This document shows positions 13,746 to 27,320 of a stretch of 64,000 bases of DNA, in pieces. The notes under the pieces are model-generated. The model made no database searches. It was not told the DNA's origin and worked only from the letters and a program-made list of their open reading frames with translations. The position numbers were made by a program, and so were the translations under genes. The stretch comes from Octopus sinensis (taxonomy: Eukaryota). Within the stretch, counting starts at the first letter, position 1. Every line of letters starts with the position of its first letter. The stretch is from assembly GCF_006345805.1 (NCBI RefSeq), contig NC_043009.1:17298001-17362000 (forward strand), given 5' to 3'.

Positions 13746-14450
13746 AGTACTCAGCATTTCCCAGGAGCTGTATATGTAGAAACATTTTATGTTAAACTTA
13801 AATGATATAATTTAAAGTGAGATCTTTTTTTATATAATTATATTTGCATATTTTTTCATTGTAAGGCAGCCTCGTGTCTAAAGTTGACTTTCTCAATGTT
13901 TCTTCAATGTATGAAGCTTTTGAGACTGTTTATAATTTTAATTATATGACTTAAGAATGTTATCTTAATGTTTCACTTTATATATTTTCTTGTAATTCTA
14001 CATTGATATGCAGCACATAAAACGGATGCAGTTCTTATAGAAATGTGTTCTGTGTTCTATTCAACAAGAGCTCTAGGAAAGAACACATTTTTTTATTCTG
14101 CAGTTTGTTGTTCTGATGAAAAGATGTCTGTTAAGCCCAACATGTGAGCATGCAGCGTAGAGTTGGCTATGGGAGAAACATGGACTTGTTGGTTCAACTC
14201 CAGTAACCTGCGGTGACTTTCCTTAAAACTTGATGAGCACCACGAAAAAGAAAAGATAAGTGACGCTAGAAACTGAAGGTATTTGAAGTTAAAATACTTT
14301 GGCTGATGGAATGAGGGGACTGTGTGGAATGGAAACATCTCATATGACGCAACCAGTCATATAATGCTTGTTTTGACTACATGAGGTATAAGGATTTTTG
14401 ATATGACTAACACCCATATTAACTGGTGATATGCAATACAACAGAACACT
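13745..14450 (-). mobile_element. Helitron relic: C-terminus of the PIF1-like helicase plus 3' terminus
   Basis: Minus-strand frames give DVSIPHSPLIPS, FNFKYLQF and VTGVEPTSPCFSHSQLYAACSHVG...KNVFFPRALVE* (TAG at 14057-14059), matching Helitron helicase DVFIPRIPLIPS..FKRLQFP..PCFSHGQLYVACSRV. A CpG-decayed terminal hairpin CCTGGGAAATGCTGAGTACT lies at ~13746-13765. Confidence 0.8.
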
Positions 14451-14934
14451 TATCTCCTCATGATAAAACACCCCTTACACAAAAGAAGTGTTTAAGAAGA
14501 TGTGTGTGTGTGTGTGTAAGTGTAAGTAAGTGTTGACATCACAAGAATCATTTTAAAAACTTTTGAGAGAAAGTAACTAATTCATGTTTTTTACTATCTC
14601 GAAGCACATTACATAAAGCTATGTAAATACAGGAATGAAAAACCCTTTTGGATAGAAAAAAATCAAATGCTGCCCATGAAACTTGAACCCACATCTCCAA
14701 TAGACATGGCAAGTGTTCTATGTTTGACTATCTTTATCCAAAAGGGTTTTACAGCCCAATACTTACATCCTGTTATTTATAACTTTACATATGTAGTTCT
14801 GGGTTCGATCCCACAGTGTGGCACCAGGCAAGAATCTTCTACTATAGCTCAGGATGACCAAAACCTTTTGAGTTGATTTGGTAGACAGAAACTGAAAGAA
14901 GCCCGTTGTGTGTGTGTACATGATAACACTTCCA

Positions 14935-15460
14935 GTCACTTTTAATCTTAACTGATTGGAAGTGTTATCATGTACATTGTTTTGTCTTGGTATAAAAGAT
15001 GGGCTACAGCAAATATTCTGCTCAATACCACAGATTTGTTTGTCAGTTGCTTGACCATAACCAGTTGGCCATGTCCCTGAGTGGCTGACAATATGTGCAT
15101 CTCTGATCATGATCAGAAGTAGTAGGGGAGCATCATAGCCGTGTGTTGAGAGGAATTCTTGGAGGTTTGGATAATTCACCTTTGGAAACATGGATGTTTC
15201 ATTCAACATCCTTAAACAACCCTTATTCAGGGACCTCTTGAGTGAAAGGACTACTTGACCTGCAGAAAATTCTCCCTGGGCCCCACCTGCAATGTCATAC
15301 ACTGTTTATCTTGTTATAAAATCACCATGTTGTGCACGTATGGTTGTGATGCATGTGCCTAGTGTAACCTTATCAGACGGGTAGTCATGATGGGTATACT
15401 GGGTTTCATGCATTTTACCCCAGTGGCACTTTGATGGCATGCACTGCTCTCTCACTCAGT
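14935..15460 (-). repeat. Interspersed repeat of uncertain class (possibly a non-LTR retroelement 5' region)
   Basis: Complex, more GC-balanced block sharply bounded by SINE fragments; no protein motif recognised. Strand and class are tentative. Confidence 0.35.
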
Positions 15461-15467
15461 AATAATG

Positions 15468-15670
15468 GGTTTCAAACTTTGGCACAAGGCCAGTAATTTT
15501 GGAGGAGGGAGTAAGTCAATTACATCGACCGCAGAGCGCGACAGGTATTTATTTTATCGATCTCAAAAGGATGAAAGGCAAAGTTGACCTCAGTGGAATT
15601 TGCACTCAGAATGTAATGATGGTCAAGACAAAATGCTGGGATGCATTTTGCCCAGCACAGTAACAATTTC
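15468..15670 (-). mobile_element. tRNA-derived SINE, second family (Nin/Deu-like central motif)
   Basis: Reverse complement contains GAGTGCAAATTCCACTGAGGTCAACTTTGCCTTTCATCCTTTTGAGATCGATAAAATAAATACC; related copies at 17587, 53135, 59455 and 63900. Confidence 0.75.
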
Positions 15671-15743
15671 CCCTAGATCCAACCCTCTCTACTGCTCCAT
15701 GTGCTCCATCATGTTACATTCTCCTCCCTCCATCACTTCATTA

Positions 15744-15783
<40 letters not shown>

Positions 15784-16877
15784 CTCTCCCCCCTCTCTCT
15801 CCTAGGTTACTTCTACTGCCACCCAAATACCTCATCTGTAGCCTTTCATTCCATCACTGAATTCTTTGTTCCTACCGACTGCTCCTCCTTTATCCCTCTC
15901 TTTCTCTCTCTCCCTCTCCACCCTTCCACCCTCTCTCCATTGCCTTCCCATATGGAATCTCTTTGCTCCTCTCCATTCGGGATGCTTTCACAGTTTCCAC
16001 ACTCTTCTCTTCCTCTTTTATCTATGACACCCTCCAGCATTTCTTCCCCTTCTTCTATTGCACTCACCTACCGATTATCTTCTCCCCACTGCTCCTCCAC
16101 CTTTTCAACAGTTCTTCTTTTGTCCCTTTGTCTTTAACCTCATGACCCCTCCCCACGTCTCTCCTCCTTCAATGACTCTCCCAGGATTCTCCCCATCCTA
16201 TCTATTAGCTTCTTACCTGTCCCCTTTCCCTCACACCTGTCATACTCATTATAAGGTACATTAACCTTAGACACCTCTACATAACCCACCCTATCACCTT
16301 TCTCGATAAGCCCTGTCACTAACCCTTTACCTTTCCCTATCCTGGTATTCCTTGTCCTACTCCTTTACCCAATTAGTGACAACTCTACTGCTCTGTTACT
16401 CTCTCCACCACAACACAACCACAGATATAAATTTGTTAAACTCTCTCAAACAGAAAGTTTCATAAAAGGCTGAAAGAGGAATGAAAACCAAGCTTAACGT
16501 GACAAACTGATGTTTCTGTGCTTCAAACTAACTCACCTTCTCTACCATTCCATTTCTACAACGTTTAATCTCTCTCTATATCTTATTTAGATTCATTCCT
16601 CATTCCAAAGGACCATGGATCAGTGTTTTTATTATATTTGAATACCTGAGACAGTAATATTGAAATATCATAACCAGTACTGCTCTTTAGCTATACATCA
16701 TATATCTATGATGTGTAAATATAGTAGCCTCTAAGTCAGTACTGCTGTTATATTTATACAACTGAGACACTATTGCTACTTTACCCACACAACTGAGTCA
16801 CATTTTAGACAGTACAACTGCTGTATCCACACATCTCACGTCACACCTAAAATCAAGGTAATGGAGCTGATTTGCTC

Positions 16878-17097
16878 ATTAGCATTCAGGTGACTATCTC
16901 AAATATAATGCTTATTTATTTGTGTTGTTTTGAATTAATCCTTTATTATCATGTAGCTTTGAGATTTTGATGATGTGGTTCCTTATATTTAAATGACATA
17001 GTGGGCTAGGAGGGAGAGGCTAGATCTGGTCAGTTTGAACATGAAGCAGGTAGAATATCTGGGCCAGATATGGCTGGAATAAATGCTAAAGAGTTAA
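16878..17097. mobile_element. piggyBac-like MITE, left end eroded
   Basis: TTAGCATT... / ...AATGCTAAAGAG|TTAA inverted termini, with TTAA at the right end. Confidence 0.5.
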
Positions 17098-17130
17098 TAG
17101 ACCCTTTTCCCTGACAGGATGACAAAACCA

Positions 17131-17525
17131 CTCTCTTTACTCTTTTACTTGTTTCAGTCATTTGACTGCGGCTATGCTGGAGCACCACCTTTAGTCAAGC
17201 AAATCGACCCCGGGACTTATTCTTTGTAAGCCCAGTACTTATTCTATCGGTCTCTTTTGCCGAACCGCTAAGTGACGGGGACGTAAACACACCAGCATCA
17301 GTTGTCAAGCAATGCTAGGGGGACAAACACAGACACACACACACACACACACATACATATATACAACAGGCTTCTTTCAGTTTCTGTCTACCAAATCCAC
17401 TCACAAGGCATTGGTCGGCCCGGGGCTATAGCAGAAGACATGTGCCCAAGATGCCACACAGTGGGACTGAACCCAGAACCATGTGGTTGTTTAGCAAGCT
17501 ACTTACCACACAGCCACTCCTGCAC
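17131..17525 (-). mobile_element. Full-length dominant tRNA-derived SINE
   Basis: Reverse complement of the 37797-38210 family; head AGGAGTGGCTGTGTGGTAAGTAGCTTGC...GGGTTCAGTCCCAC. Confidence 0.9.
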
Positions 17526-17586
17526 CTACTGTTCACATACATATTATTTCTTCTTTCTGTCACTTCTACTAATATGACAATGATTG

Positions 17587-17795
17587 AGGTTGGTGAACAG
17601 GCAGAACTGTCAGCATGCTGGGCAAAATGCTTAGCAACATGTTGTCTGTCTTTATGAGTTCAAATGCCGCCAAGGTTAACCTTGCCTGTCATCCTTTCAG
17701 TGTCAGTAAAATAAATACCAGTTGAGTAATGGGGTCAATATAACCAACTTACCCCTCCCTCGAACTTGCTGGCCTTGTGCCAAAATTTCAGACTA
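17587..17795 (+). mobile_element. tRNA-derived SINE, Nin/Deu-like family
   Basis: GGTGAACAGGCAGAA...GAGTTCAAATGCCGCCAAGG...TCATCCTTTC...GGCCTTGTGCCAAAATTT. Confidence 0.75.
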
Positions 17796-18217
17796 ATATT
17801 ATAATGGCATCATCTTCTCTGAATTAACAAACTATATAATCTTTTACTAAGACCAAAATATTATATTCCACCATGACATTCTTCCTTCTTTTGTTAGCCT
17901 TTTCCTTGGACACTGCATTCAGCATTTCATCCAGTCATTCCCTACCAAAACAGAAATTCTTTGGATTTGCCTGCAAGTTCATACATTTCCTAAAGATGAC
18001 AACCTACAAAATTTAAAACTAAGTACCAATCATAGCATCTTACCCATGTAATAGAAAACCCTTTAAAGGCTGCAAGCTCTTTGCCACCTCTTCTAACTAA
18101 TAAAAATGTAGTAGTAGTAGTAGTAACTGTGGTGGTAGTAAGGACATCATTATTGAAGTTGTGGCTCCTTTTCCTTTTAGTGCTAACATTAAAAAAATAA
18201 CAATTTCTTTTCCTCAA

Positions 18218-18540
18218 CAGGCCCTGCCCTATTTAACATTGTCCCGAGGGAGATCAAAGAGGAAAAGGATCCCATCAACTTTAAATGGAGTCTGGATGGA
18301 TTCCTTCAAAGAATACCAGATAAGCCACCCATAATTGGATACAACTCACCCAACAAGAACTCACTACTTGAACAAAACTTGATACAACTCACCCAACAAG
18401 AACTCACTACTTGAACAAAACTTGACCTAAACAAAACTTGACTTAAACAGGATTTGAATAATCCTATCAGGTGGTGCTATTAAGTTAGACATGGCCTGAA
18501 CCAATCTTTGGTCGAAACATATCTATGTTATCTAAGTTAT
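18218..18540 (+). mobile_element. CR1-group LINE 3' end with an internal 43-bp tandem duplication
   Basis: GPALFNIVPREIKEEKDPINFKWSLDGFLQRIPDKP matches CR1-type ORF2 C-termini; GATACAACTCACCCAACAAGAACTCACTACTTGAACAAAACTT is duplicated (18338-18423). Confidence 0.75.
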
Positions 18541-18829
18541 AATACCAATAAATTACTATTTTCTGTTTTCTGCTTCCTTGAAAATCTTAGATGTTTTCTG
18601 GTCAGTTGTGGTTTCCAAAGAAACACCTCCATAGAATTGTCCAAATGCACATCAGAATCACTTCCGAGACAAGGCCTTCTTAATAGCGCCCTTTCCCTCA
18701 AACAGCATGTCAAAGGAATGATATGATGACATAAATATATAAACAATGAAAAAGACAGTAGACAAGCAATGTTGTGTGACCAATGATATAAGCATCAGAA
18801 GTGGAACATAAAATGTAAACACGGCTTAC

Positions 18830-18861
18830 TGGCTGCCGTGTTTCTCTGCTGTGCAAGAACA
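18830..18861 (-). CDS. Candidate 32-nt micro-exon downstream of the EGF exon
   Basis: aactttttcag|TGTTCTTGCACAGCAGAGAAACACGGCAGCCA|gtaagc; preceded by a T-rich 215-nt intron; stays open from the phase-1 donor (VFLHSRETRQP). No transcript evidence. Confidence 0.35.
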
Positions 18862-19076
18862 CTGAAAAAGTTATATAAATTCAAATGTGCAAACATATCT
18901 AAAAACAAAAATAACACACAAACAGAAATGAAAACAGGAAAAAAAAAACTTAAACACAGAAACAAAAGCATGTACAAAGACATAGAAACATGGAAACAAA
19001 ATTATGTTTAAAAAGCATATAAACAAATAAACAACAGAGAACAATGTGCAAATTTAGACAAAGTGAGACGATGTAC

Positions 19077-19208
19077 CTGTACAGTCCCTTTGATTCTCCT
19101 GCAAAGTGAACCCGTTGGGACATGTGCAGTATGCACTTCCTGGTGTGTTAATGCAACCGTACGAACAAGCCTTGCTTTGGTTAGTAGATGTGCTGCATTC
19201 ATCTATAT
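19077..19208 (-). CDS. Internal exon encoding one calcium-binding EGF-like domain (fibrillin/fibulin-type module)
   Basis: ctctag|AT ATA GAT GAA TGC...GAC TGT ACA G|gtacat; 132 nt, phase 1-1; (D)IDECSTSTNQSKACSYGCINTPGSAYCTCPNGFTLQENQRDCT has the DxDEC start, six Cys and the CxNxxGS-x-Y-CxC..GF pattern. Confidence 0.93.
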
Positions 19209-19654
19209 CTAGAGTTAGTAGACAGACAAACAGAGAAATAAGTACATGATGTGGGTGTTAATAACAACAACAATAACAATAGCAAAACAACGAAAACACA
19301 ACAACTGTAATAATAAACAACTGTAGAAAGCAACGATATAAATAAACAAGTACAATGGCTAATGTATTAATATAATAGAGAACTGGTAAGTAATACATAA
19401 CAAACAAATTGATTTTATTTAAGTTCTCAAAACATCAATATATACATACATATACATATATATATGTATGTATCTATGTCTGTGTGTGTGTGTATATATA
19501 TATAAATATATATATACATATATATATATTTATATATAAATTTATATGTATATATGTATGTATGTATATATATGTGTGTATGTGTTTGTGTGTGTGTATT
19601 CATATATAAATTTATATATATATATATATATATACACACATAAATATATATATA

Positions 19655-19698
<44 letters not shown>

Positions 19699-19866
19699 TA
19701 AATTTATATTTATATATATACATATATGTATATATATATATAGATATATATATATATATGTGTATATAAATATATACATATATAAAAATTAATATATATA
19801 TATATATAATATATATATATGTGTGGGTGTGTGTGTATATATATATAGAGATAGATAGATAGATAA

Positions 19867-19902
<36 letters not shown>

Positions 19903-20476
19903 TTATGTTTATATATATATATGTCTGTAACTTAGCATCAGTTCCTTACATGTTCTTTAGTATATGATAAGAGAGAGAGGAAATATGACTTAGTGGTGTT
20001 CATGACTTTACTAGTTGCCATTGTAAACAAACTGGTCACACCCAGTAAGTGACATTGGGGTATGAACTCAGATTACCAGGAACTTATCTCTATTTTACAT
20101 TGCTTGCCACAATGTATCCGTTAATAATATTTTTTAAAAATCTAAGCATGAAGCATTACAAGAAAAATAAAAAATATACATAGATTAGTAATAAACAATA
20201 TAAAACAAATGATACATATGTATAGCAACAGAATATGAATTAATAATACATAATACAAATGATACACACAGAAATACATATATCAGTTGTGTGTTTATGT
20301 ATGTGTGTGTGTGTTTGTGTGTGTGAATGCATACACAATGAAGATAATACATAAATATTACTTTCATGCATATACATATATATGTGTGCGTGTGTGTGTG
20401 TATGTATGTATGTATGTATGTATGTATGTATGTATGCATGTATGTATGTATGCGTGTATGTGTGTGTATGTATGTA

Positions 20477-20507
<31 letters not shown>

Positions 20508-20524
20508 ATGTATGTATGTGTGTA

Positions 20525-20567
<43 letters not shown>

Positions 20568-20601
20568 GTAATATGATACAAATAATACATGAAAATAGCA
20601 G

Positions 20602-20646
<45 letters not shown>

Positions 20647-21483
20647 TAGAAACATATGATAAAAAGCAAACAATAAACACTAAAACAACAACTTAAAACA
20701 AAAAAGCAAGTTTTATAACACAACAAATATCAACAATATACAGATTTAATGATACATGGAACAGGGAACAAATACATTAGCAATACAGAAATTAATGATA
20801 AATATCATCATCATCATCATCATCATCTGTTTTGAAGCTGTTATTGTCTGGTCAGATCTGCAATGCAGTGTTTGTTAAGTCTAATATTCTCCGGTCTAAT
20901 CAAACTTTTTTTCACTTCAAGTTTTATTGGGGTTAGTTATTGTGTATATCTCAACCTTAGAAAAGGTACACCATGTCGTTACATGTTGTAAGAAATGATT
21001 AAAAGAGCTGACAACAGAAACGGCATTTGACTGTGAAACGTTGCCTCGGGGAAAAATATGGAAAAGTGAATGTGAAATATTGATGATGATCAATTCATTT
21101 GGGATCTGTCATTGCCACCCTACACTATAAAATCAGTGAACCAATTATTCCAGTATACACCATTTATGTAATACACTTTATATACACTTGTGTACTTAAA
21201 GGAAGTATTTCATATTCTGTCTGTTTCTCAGGGTTAATTACATTTGTGTACAGGTCTTATCAATATTACCCACCCAGGAGACCATTCAGAACTTATTCAA
21301 AACTCACTGCCCACTTTTAACTGCCACACAAATACCACATTTGCTGATTTTAGTCTAATCAGTAACTGTCAACTCCTTTGTATTCAGTAAAAATTAAAGA
21401 AGTATAATAAATAGTTTTCAAATGGGAATTGAAAATGGATCTCTTGGTCACAATTCATTGGGAACTTAAATGTTACTTTATAG

Positions 21484-21801
21484 CAGGGATTCTCAATCAT
21501 CTTTTACCTAACGAACTCCTTTGATTATTTTATTCAGGGGACTCCTAAAGCCAGTCGATGTTTAAAAATTAGCTCTATAGATACTTCTTTCAAGATTCCT
21601 ATTTTGTTTTTCATCCATTAACTTGTATAATTTTAATTATGTTAAACATTGGAGAAAGATATCTAGCTGTTTTTTGCAATAAATACATCCAAAGCAAAAT
21701 ATTTTCTGGGGCCCCTAAAATACTACTGTAGCTCACCAATTTACTATTTTGTTCCTGTGGACACCCAAAATTCTTATATGGACCCCAGTTGAGAACTGCT
21801 G
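21484..21801. mobile_element. hAT (Charlie-like) MITE
   Basis: Termini CAGGGATTCTCAA / TTGAGAACTGCTG; 8-bp TSD CTTTATAG / CTCTATAG. Confidence 0.8.
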
Positions 21802-22372
21802 CTCTATAGCATACACGAATGAATAGTCTAGATGTATAAATGGTTGGTCATGGTGGTTAACACTTCTTAGTCACAATGTTTTCATATGCCAGTCGAAATA
21901 TGAAAAAGTCTGGTTTCACTCTATGAAGACTAACTGCAGTTACAAGAAAACCTGAAGAGACAAATTAAAGGACTTATTGAGAAGGTTGCAATGCACGTGA
22001 ACTCAAAAACTCAGTGTTTTGTTATGAACAATGAAATACTGACGTCCAGTATGGGCATGAAAGTTCTCAATAGAAGAAGAGAGTAAATAAAAATGATGAA
22101 GATTCTAAGGATAAAAAAGTGGTGAAAGTTTCTAGGGGTATAAAAAGAGGATTCTTGATAAGAATAATTCAAAACTGCAGTGAGATACACATAGTTAAAG
22201 GAACAAAATATAAAAGGTGTAATATAAATAAATAAAAAAAAGAGAAAAGACTTGTTCAGGGAATACATCAAACAAGTATGAATATATATCCTGACAAGTA
22301 ATGCAATTACTACAGGAAATTAGTATGTAGAAACAGTTACATATGTATTGTTTTTTAACTATGTTGACTGTA

Positions 22373-22629
<257 letters not shown>

Positions 22630-24844
22630 GTATTCACACACACATAATGGGCTTCCATACAGTTTTCATTTCAGCCTGTTAAATTTCACTCATAAACCAT
22701 TAGTCAGCCTGAAGCTATAATAGAAGACACTTGACCAATTTGCCATAAAATGGAATGGAAATTTAAAGCAGATAGTTGTGAGGTGAACTTCTTAACCATT
22801 CAACCATTCCAGCATCTATAATATATGGATGGATGTAGTACATATGCACGCATAATGTATATATATAGGTATATGTGTACCAGGGGGAATATGTTTATGT
22901 ATGATTGCTTATATGAAAGTGGATATACACACAAGCACCCTTATACATGAGTGTCAAGCGGTTAAGAAGTTTGCTTTGCAATGACAAGGTCTTGGGTTCA
23001 CTACCAAGTGTTTTCTGACATAGACTTGGGTTTACTTCAACTTTGTGACTTAAGATAGGCAGGAAAACTTTTGAAGCACATCAAATGGACAGCTTTAGTC
23101 ATTCAAGGTCAAGCTTGATCATACACTGTCATACTAATTCTACCTGTTTATGTTAACAGTACAAGTCTATATGGAATACTTAAAGATATTAGCATCAGCA
23201 ATCAGATACCATCACTTGAGATACTTGGCTGGGCAAAACATTCCGTTGATATTAAAACTGACAACATCCTAACTCCAACTGGAAAGTTCCACAGAAACAG
23301 TATCATTGACGAGATTTTTCTTAAATGTAATATCTAAAGGAGAAGCCAGACATTCTTTGTTGTTGATGATAATGTTTAGCTGAGATCATTCTCATTGATC
23401 AAAAGCATTCAAGCCATGATTCTCTTGTCTTTTTGTATGCCACACATTTCCTATATTTAAGATATCTAGAGTGGGATTGGAGTGGAATTGGCTGTTATTT
23501 CTGGTAACTGTATAGAGGCTCTTATGTTAGCTTGAAATTGTATCAGGTATCATACAGACATCACCTGATAAATACATCAATCAAGATGGAATCAATGATT
23601 TCTTCATTGACGTGAAATCTGCTAGAAATAACAAGTAAATCTCCCTAAATCACTCTGTCCTTCATAATATTCCATACAGTTTCATACATCTACTTCACTA
23701 CAAAAAAAAATTTCTTAGAAGCTTGAAAATAACACCAATACTTTGTAATAATCCTTATTATTATTGTTGATATATATATATGTATGTATATATGTATATA
23801 TGTATATATATATATATGTATATATATATGTATGTATATATGTATGTATATATATGTAGATATGTATAATATATATATGTATGTATGTATATGTATATGT
23901 ATATATGTGTATATATATATGTATATATATATATATGCATATATATATGTGTGTATGTATATATGTATATGAATGTATATATGTATATATAAATATGTAT
24001 ATATATATTACATATATGTATATATATATATGTATATATACATACACATACTAGACTATCCATTACCAATAGGGCCACCAATAATTCAAGGTAACTGAAA
24101 AATCTGCATATATCGGGAATCCATGGTCTATTTTACATGAAACTTCTGTTGGTTCATGTGTTTTCACATTTCAATGGTACCTTGCTTTCAAAGAATTTCC
24201 CCCATTATACGCCAGTTTGGCTATTTATAAGAATACCTGCAAAAACCACATATCTTGGTAACTCATAGTTTGATTTACGCAAAACTTGTTTTCTTCCATT
24301 TGTATTCCCATGAGCATCTGATTCACAACATCTGCTTTTGTCTCTTTCTCTCTACTTCGCCAGAGACTCAGCTTTCCAACTGTCCAATTTCTGATCTCTC
24401 CTGCTTCTGTCTCTTTCCCTCTGAAGACTCAAGTGCATTTTTAATGTATTATATATATACTTCTAATATTCTTTTATTCTTTTATCTGTTTCAGTCATTT
24501 GACTGTGGCCATGCTGGAGTACCACCTTTAGTTGAACAAATCAACCCCAGGACTTATTCTTTGTAAGCCTAGTACTTATTCTATCGATCTCTTTTGCCAA
24601 ACCACCAAGTTACAGGGACATGAACACACAAACACACACACACACATATGACGGGCTTCTTTCAGTTTCTGTCTGCCAAATTCACTCACAAGGCCAGCAT
24701 ATGCAAAATACCATTTAAGGTGAAATAATTTTATAATTATTTATAATTGTCATCATCATCATCATCATCATCGTTTAACATCCGCTTTCCATGCTAGCAT
24801 GGGTTGGACATATATATATATATATATATGTGTATGTATATATA

Positions 24845-24889
<45 letters not shown>

Positions 24890-25559
24890 CACACATATAT
24901 ATATATACAGTGAGAGAGGGAGAGAGAGAGGCAGACAGACACACACATACACATGCACACACACGCAGGAAAAGTTTTTTTCCCACAAGTAGAAGTATAA
25001 AGAAAATAAAGGGTGAAATGCTATGGAGCCTGAAAAAGGATTTATCTACATTGACTTAAGCAGATTCACAGTTTCTTGATATCCAGACTTAGGGTGAGAT
25101 AAGGGTTATATTGCATTTGACTTAACTCTGACTGGACTTGTCATTTTAATAGAAGGCTAATGGTTCAAACTGCCATTAACTAAGATGCAATTTGGTTGAT
25201 TAAAGTTGATCACAATGTCAAGGAGTCATGTGACTGCATGAATAACTGTTGCACTAGAGTTTAAGCCTTGTATCAAGCCAGTGTATGTCATGTGACATCA
25301 TGGACAACAATTGCATGTTATATTCATGTAATAGATCATGTGACAACATGGAGAATGACTGCACTAAAAGTCAAGGCTGTGTTAATCCAGTGATTTTGTC
25401 ATGTAATAGTATGAATGATAGGTTGTCAGAATAGAGAAATAAAAATGGAGAAGCAGCTTGTTTGTGTATATGGCTGTCTCTGTGTTTCTGTATGAGAATG
25501 TGAATTACAATAGTGTTATATCTCTAGAGGTAATATGTATCTCCACTTAATCATAACAT

Positions 25560-27090
25560 ACTTTACTTTAGTATATACCATGAGAGAAATTATCATACTG
25601 GCTTTTGGTGCAAAATGCACTTTTGTTTACATTGCTAGCAGGGAGATAGATCCCTCCCATCTCTAGTGCAGAGACCAACAGATCATGTGATTTCAAACTG
25701 ACTTGGTCTCATCAATGATGGACTTTTGACTGCTCCTGCTTCATATGTTGTTGTAGTTTATTCAGTTTAGTTTGTATTTTCTAAGAAACATATTTTCTTT
25801 ATTCGTCCGTATTTTATCCATAGTTTTGTTGAAACAAAAGCAAAGTGGGATGGTTAGGAATTCTGGTGATTTGTTTGTTGCACATAAGTCTAAATGTTTA
25901 CTTAGAGGAATTTGTCTGGCTTTAAGATTTTGTACTTGTTGCCTATAAATATTGTGCTTGTTTCTCAAGGTAAGATTGATTTGTACTATTTAATCTTCAT
26001 TACAACCATTACATTTAACACCACACTTTAAGTCTTTGACAAACAGGTGAAGCAATTTTTTACAGAGAAAATATTCCTGGTTTTAATTTATATGTCTTCT
26101 ATAAAGTTAAATTAGAATGACCACATTTTTTGATTATTGGTGTTGCGTTTATAGTAGGTAATTTTAGTGCTGGTAAGTAAATAATTTTTTTAAAGCATTT
26201 TGGCTCTGTGTTATTATGCAAGATAGATTATTTGGTGTATTTTAATCATTTTTTTGTTCTTTGTCATTCTTAGACTGGTTTTCGTCTAAGTTACAGACAT
26301 TGATGCTGTACGTTAGTCTAGATTGTTAATGTATTTGGACTTCTAGGTATGCCATGACAAAATTGGTTTAAGTTGGGGTAACCTTTATTTCCATCACAGT
26401 CTCTGATATTTGTAAATTCTACCATGAAAGTTGAAAAAATATTTTACTGGATGAATTTAATTCCTTAAGTAATCAATAATTTCTATTCAGTCTAGGATTT
26501 TATCAAAGAATTTTTTCAAAGCAGAATTATATGGCTTGTAGTCTGTGGCTGAGTGGTATAGTATATTATAGAGGCTTACATCTCTGATAGTGCTTTGTTA
26601 ACTTTTTTCTAGAGATGGTTTAACAGGTCCAAGCCCCATGTTATAAATCTTGATATATGTTCCAAAATGAGTTTCAGCAGTATGTCTACAAAGTTACTGA
26701 GTCACTCATGCTGCTACAACTGAGCTTAATTTGAGGTTGTTGGGGTGTTTACACACATTGAGGTTGATTATTTTACAAGTGTCTTACACTGCTTTACTCT
26801 TGTGAATTGTAGGGAGTCTGTACAGATTGCTGGTTTTACATTCAAAGTTTAAGTAATTGCATTCCTTGTTTGTTAAGCTGTTTCAGGATACATTAATAAA
26901 GGTGCTAAGTTTCTTCGTTGTTTTTGGTGGTTGGTGATTATTTATCTTTTCATAATAGGTAGTGTCTAGTAGTAGAGATAATGTAGTATCTTTGTAGTAT
27001 GCAATATCCATAATTATTACAGCTCTTCCTTTATCTAATTCTTTAATAATGATATCATTATTATTTGTGGTTTCAAGGATAATTTCCCAA
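25560..27090 (-). mobile_element. Penelope-like element RT relic
   Basis: Minus strand gives DIIIKELDKGRAVIIMD (PLE IIIKPADKG motif) and LPTIHKS (LPKIHK motif); heavily decayed. Confidence 0.7.
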
Positions 27091-27269
27091 TCCTTTCAAC
27101 TGTAGGCACAGGAGTGGCTGTGTGGTAAGTAGCTTGCTTACCAACCACATGGTTCAGGGTTCAGTCCCACTGCATAGCACCTTGGGCAATTGTCTTCTAC
27201 TATAGCCTCGAGCCGACCAAAGCCTTGTGAGTGGATTTGGTAGACAGACACTGAAAGAAGCCCGTCGTA

Positions 27270-27319
<50 letters not shown>

Positions 27320-27320
27320 G

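Noticed and set aside
18490-18522. CCTGAACCAATCTTTGGTCGAAAC, hammerhead-like
   Set aside because: Lacks CUGANGA; better explained as the CR1 3' UTR stem-loop.
19008-19202. ORF MNAAHLLTKARL...
   Set aside because: Wrong frame; the real signal is the cbEGF exon in another minus-strand frame.
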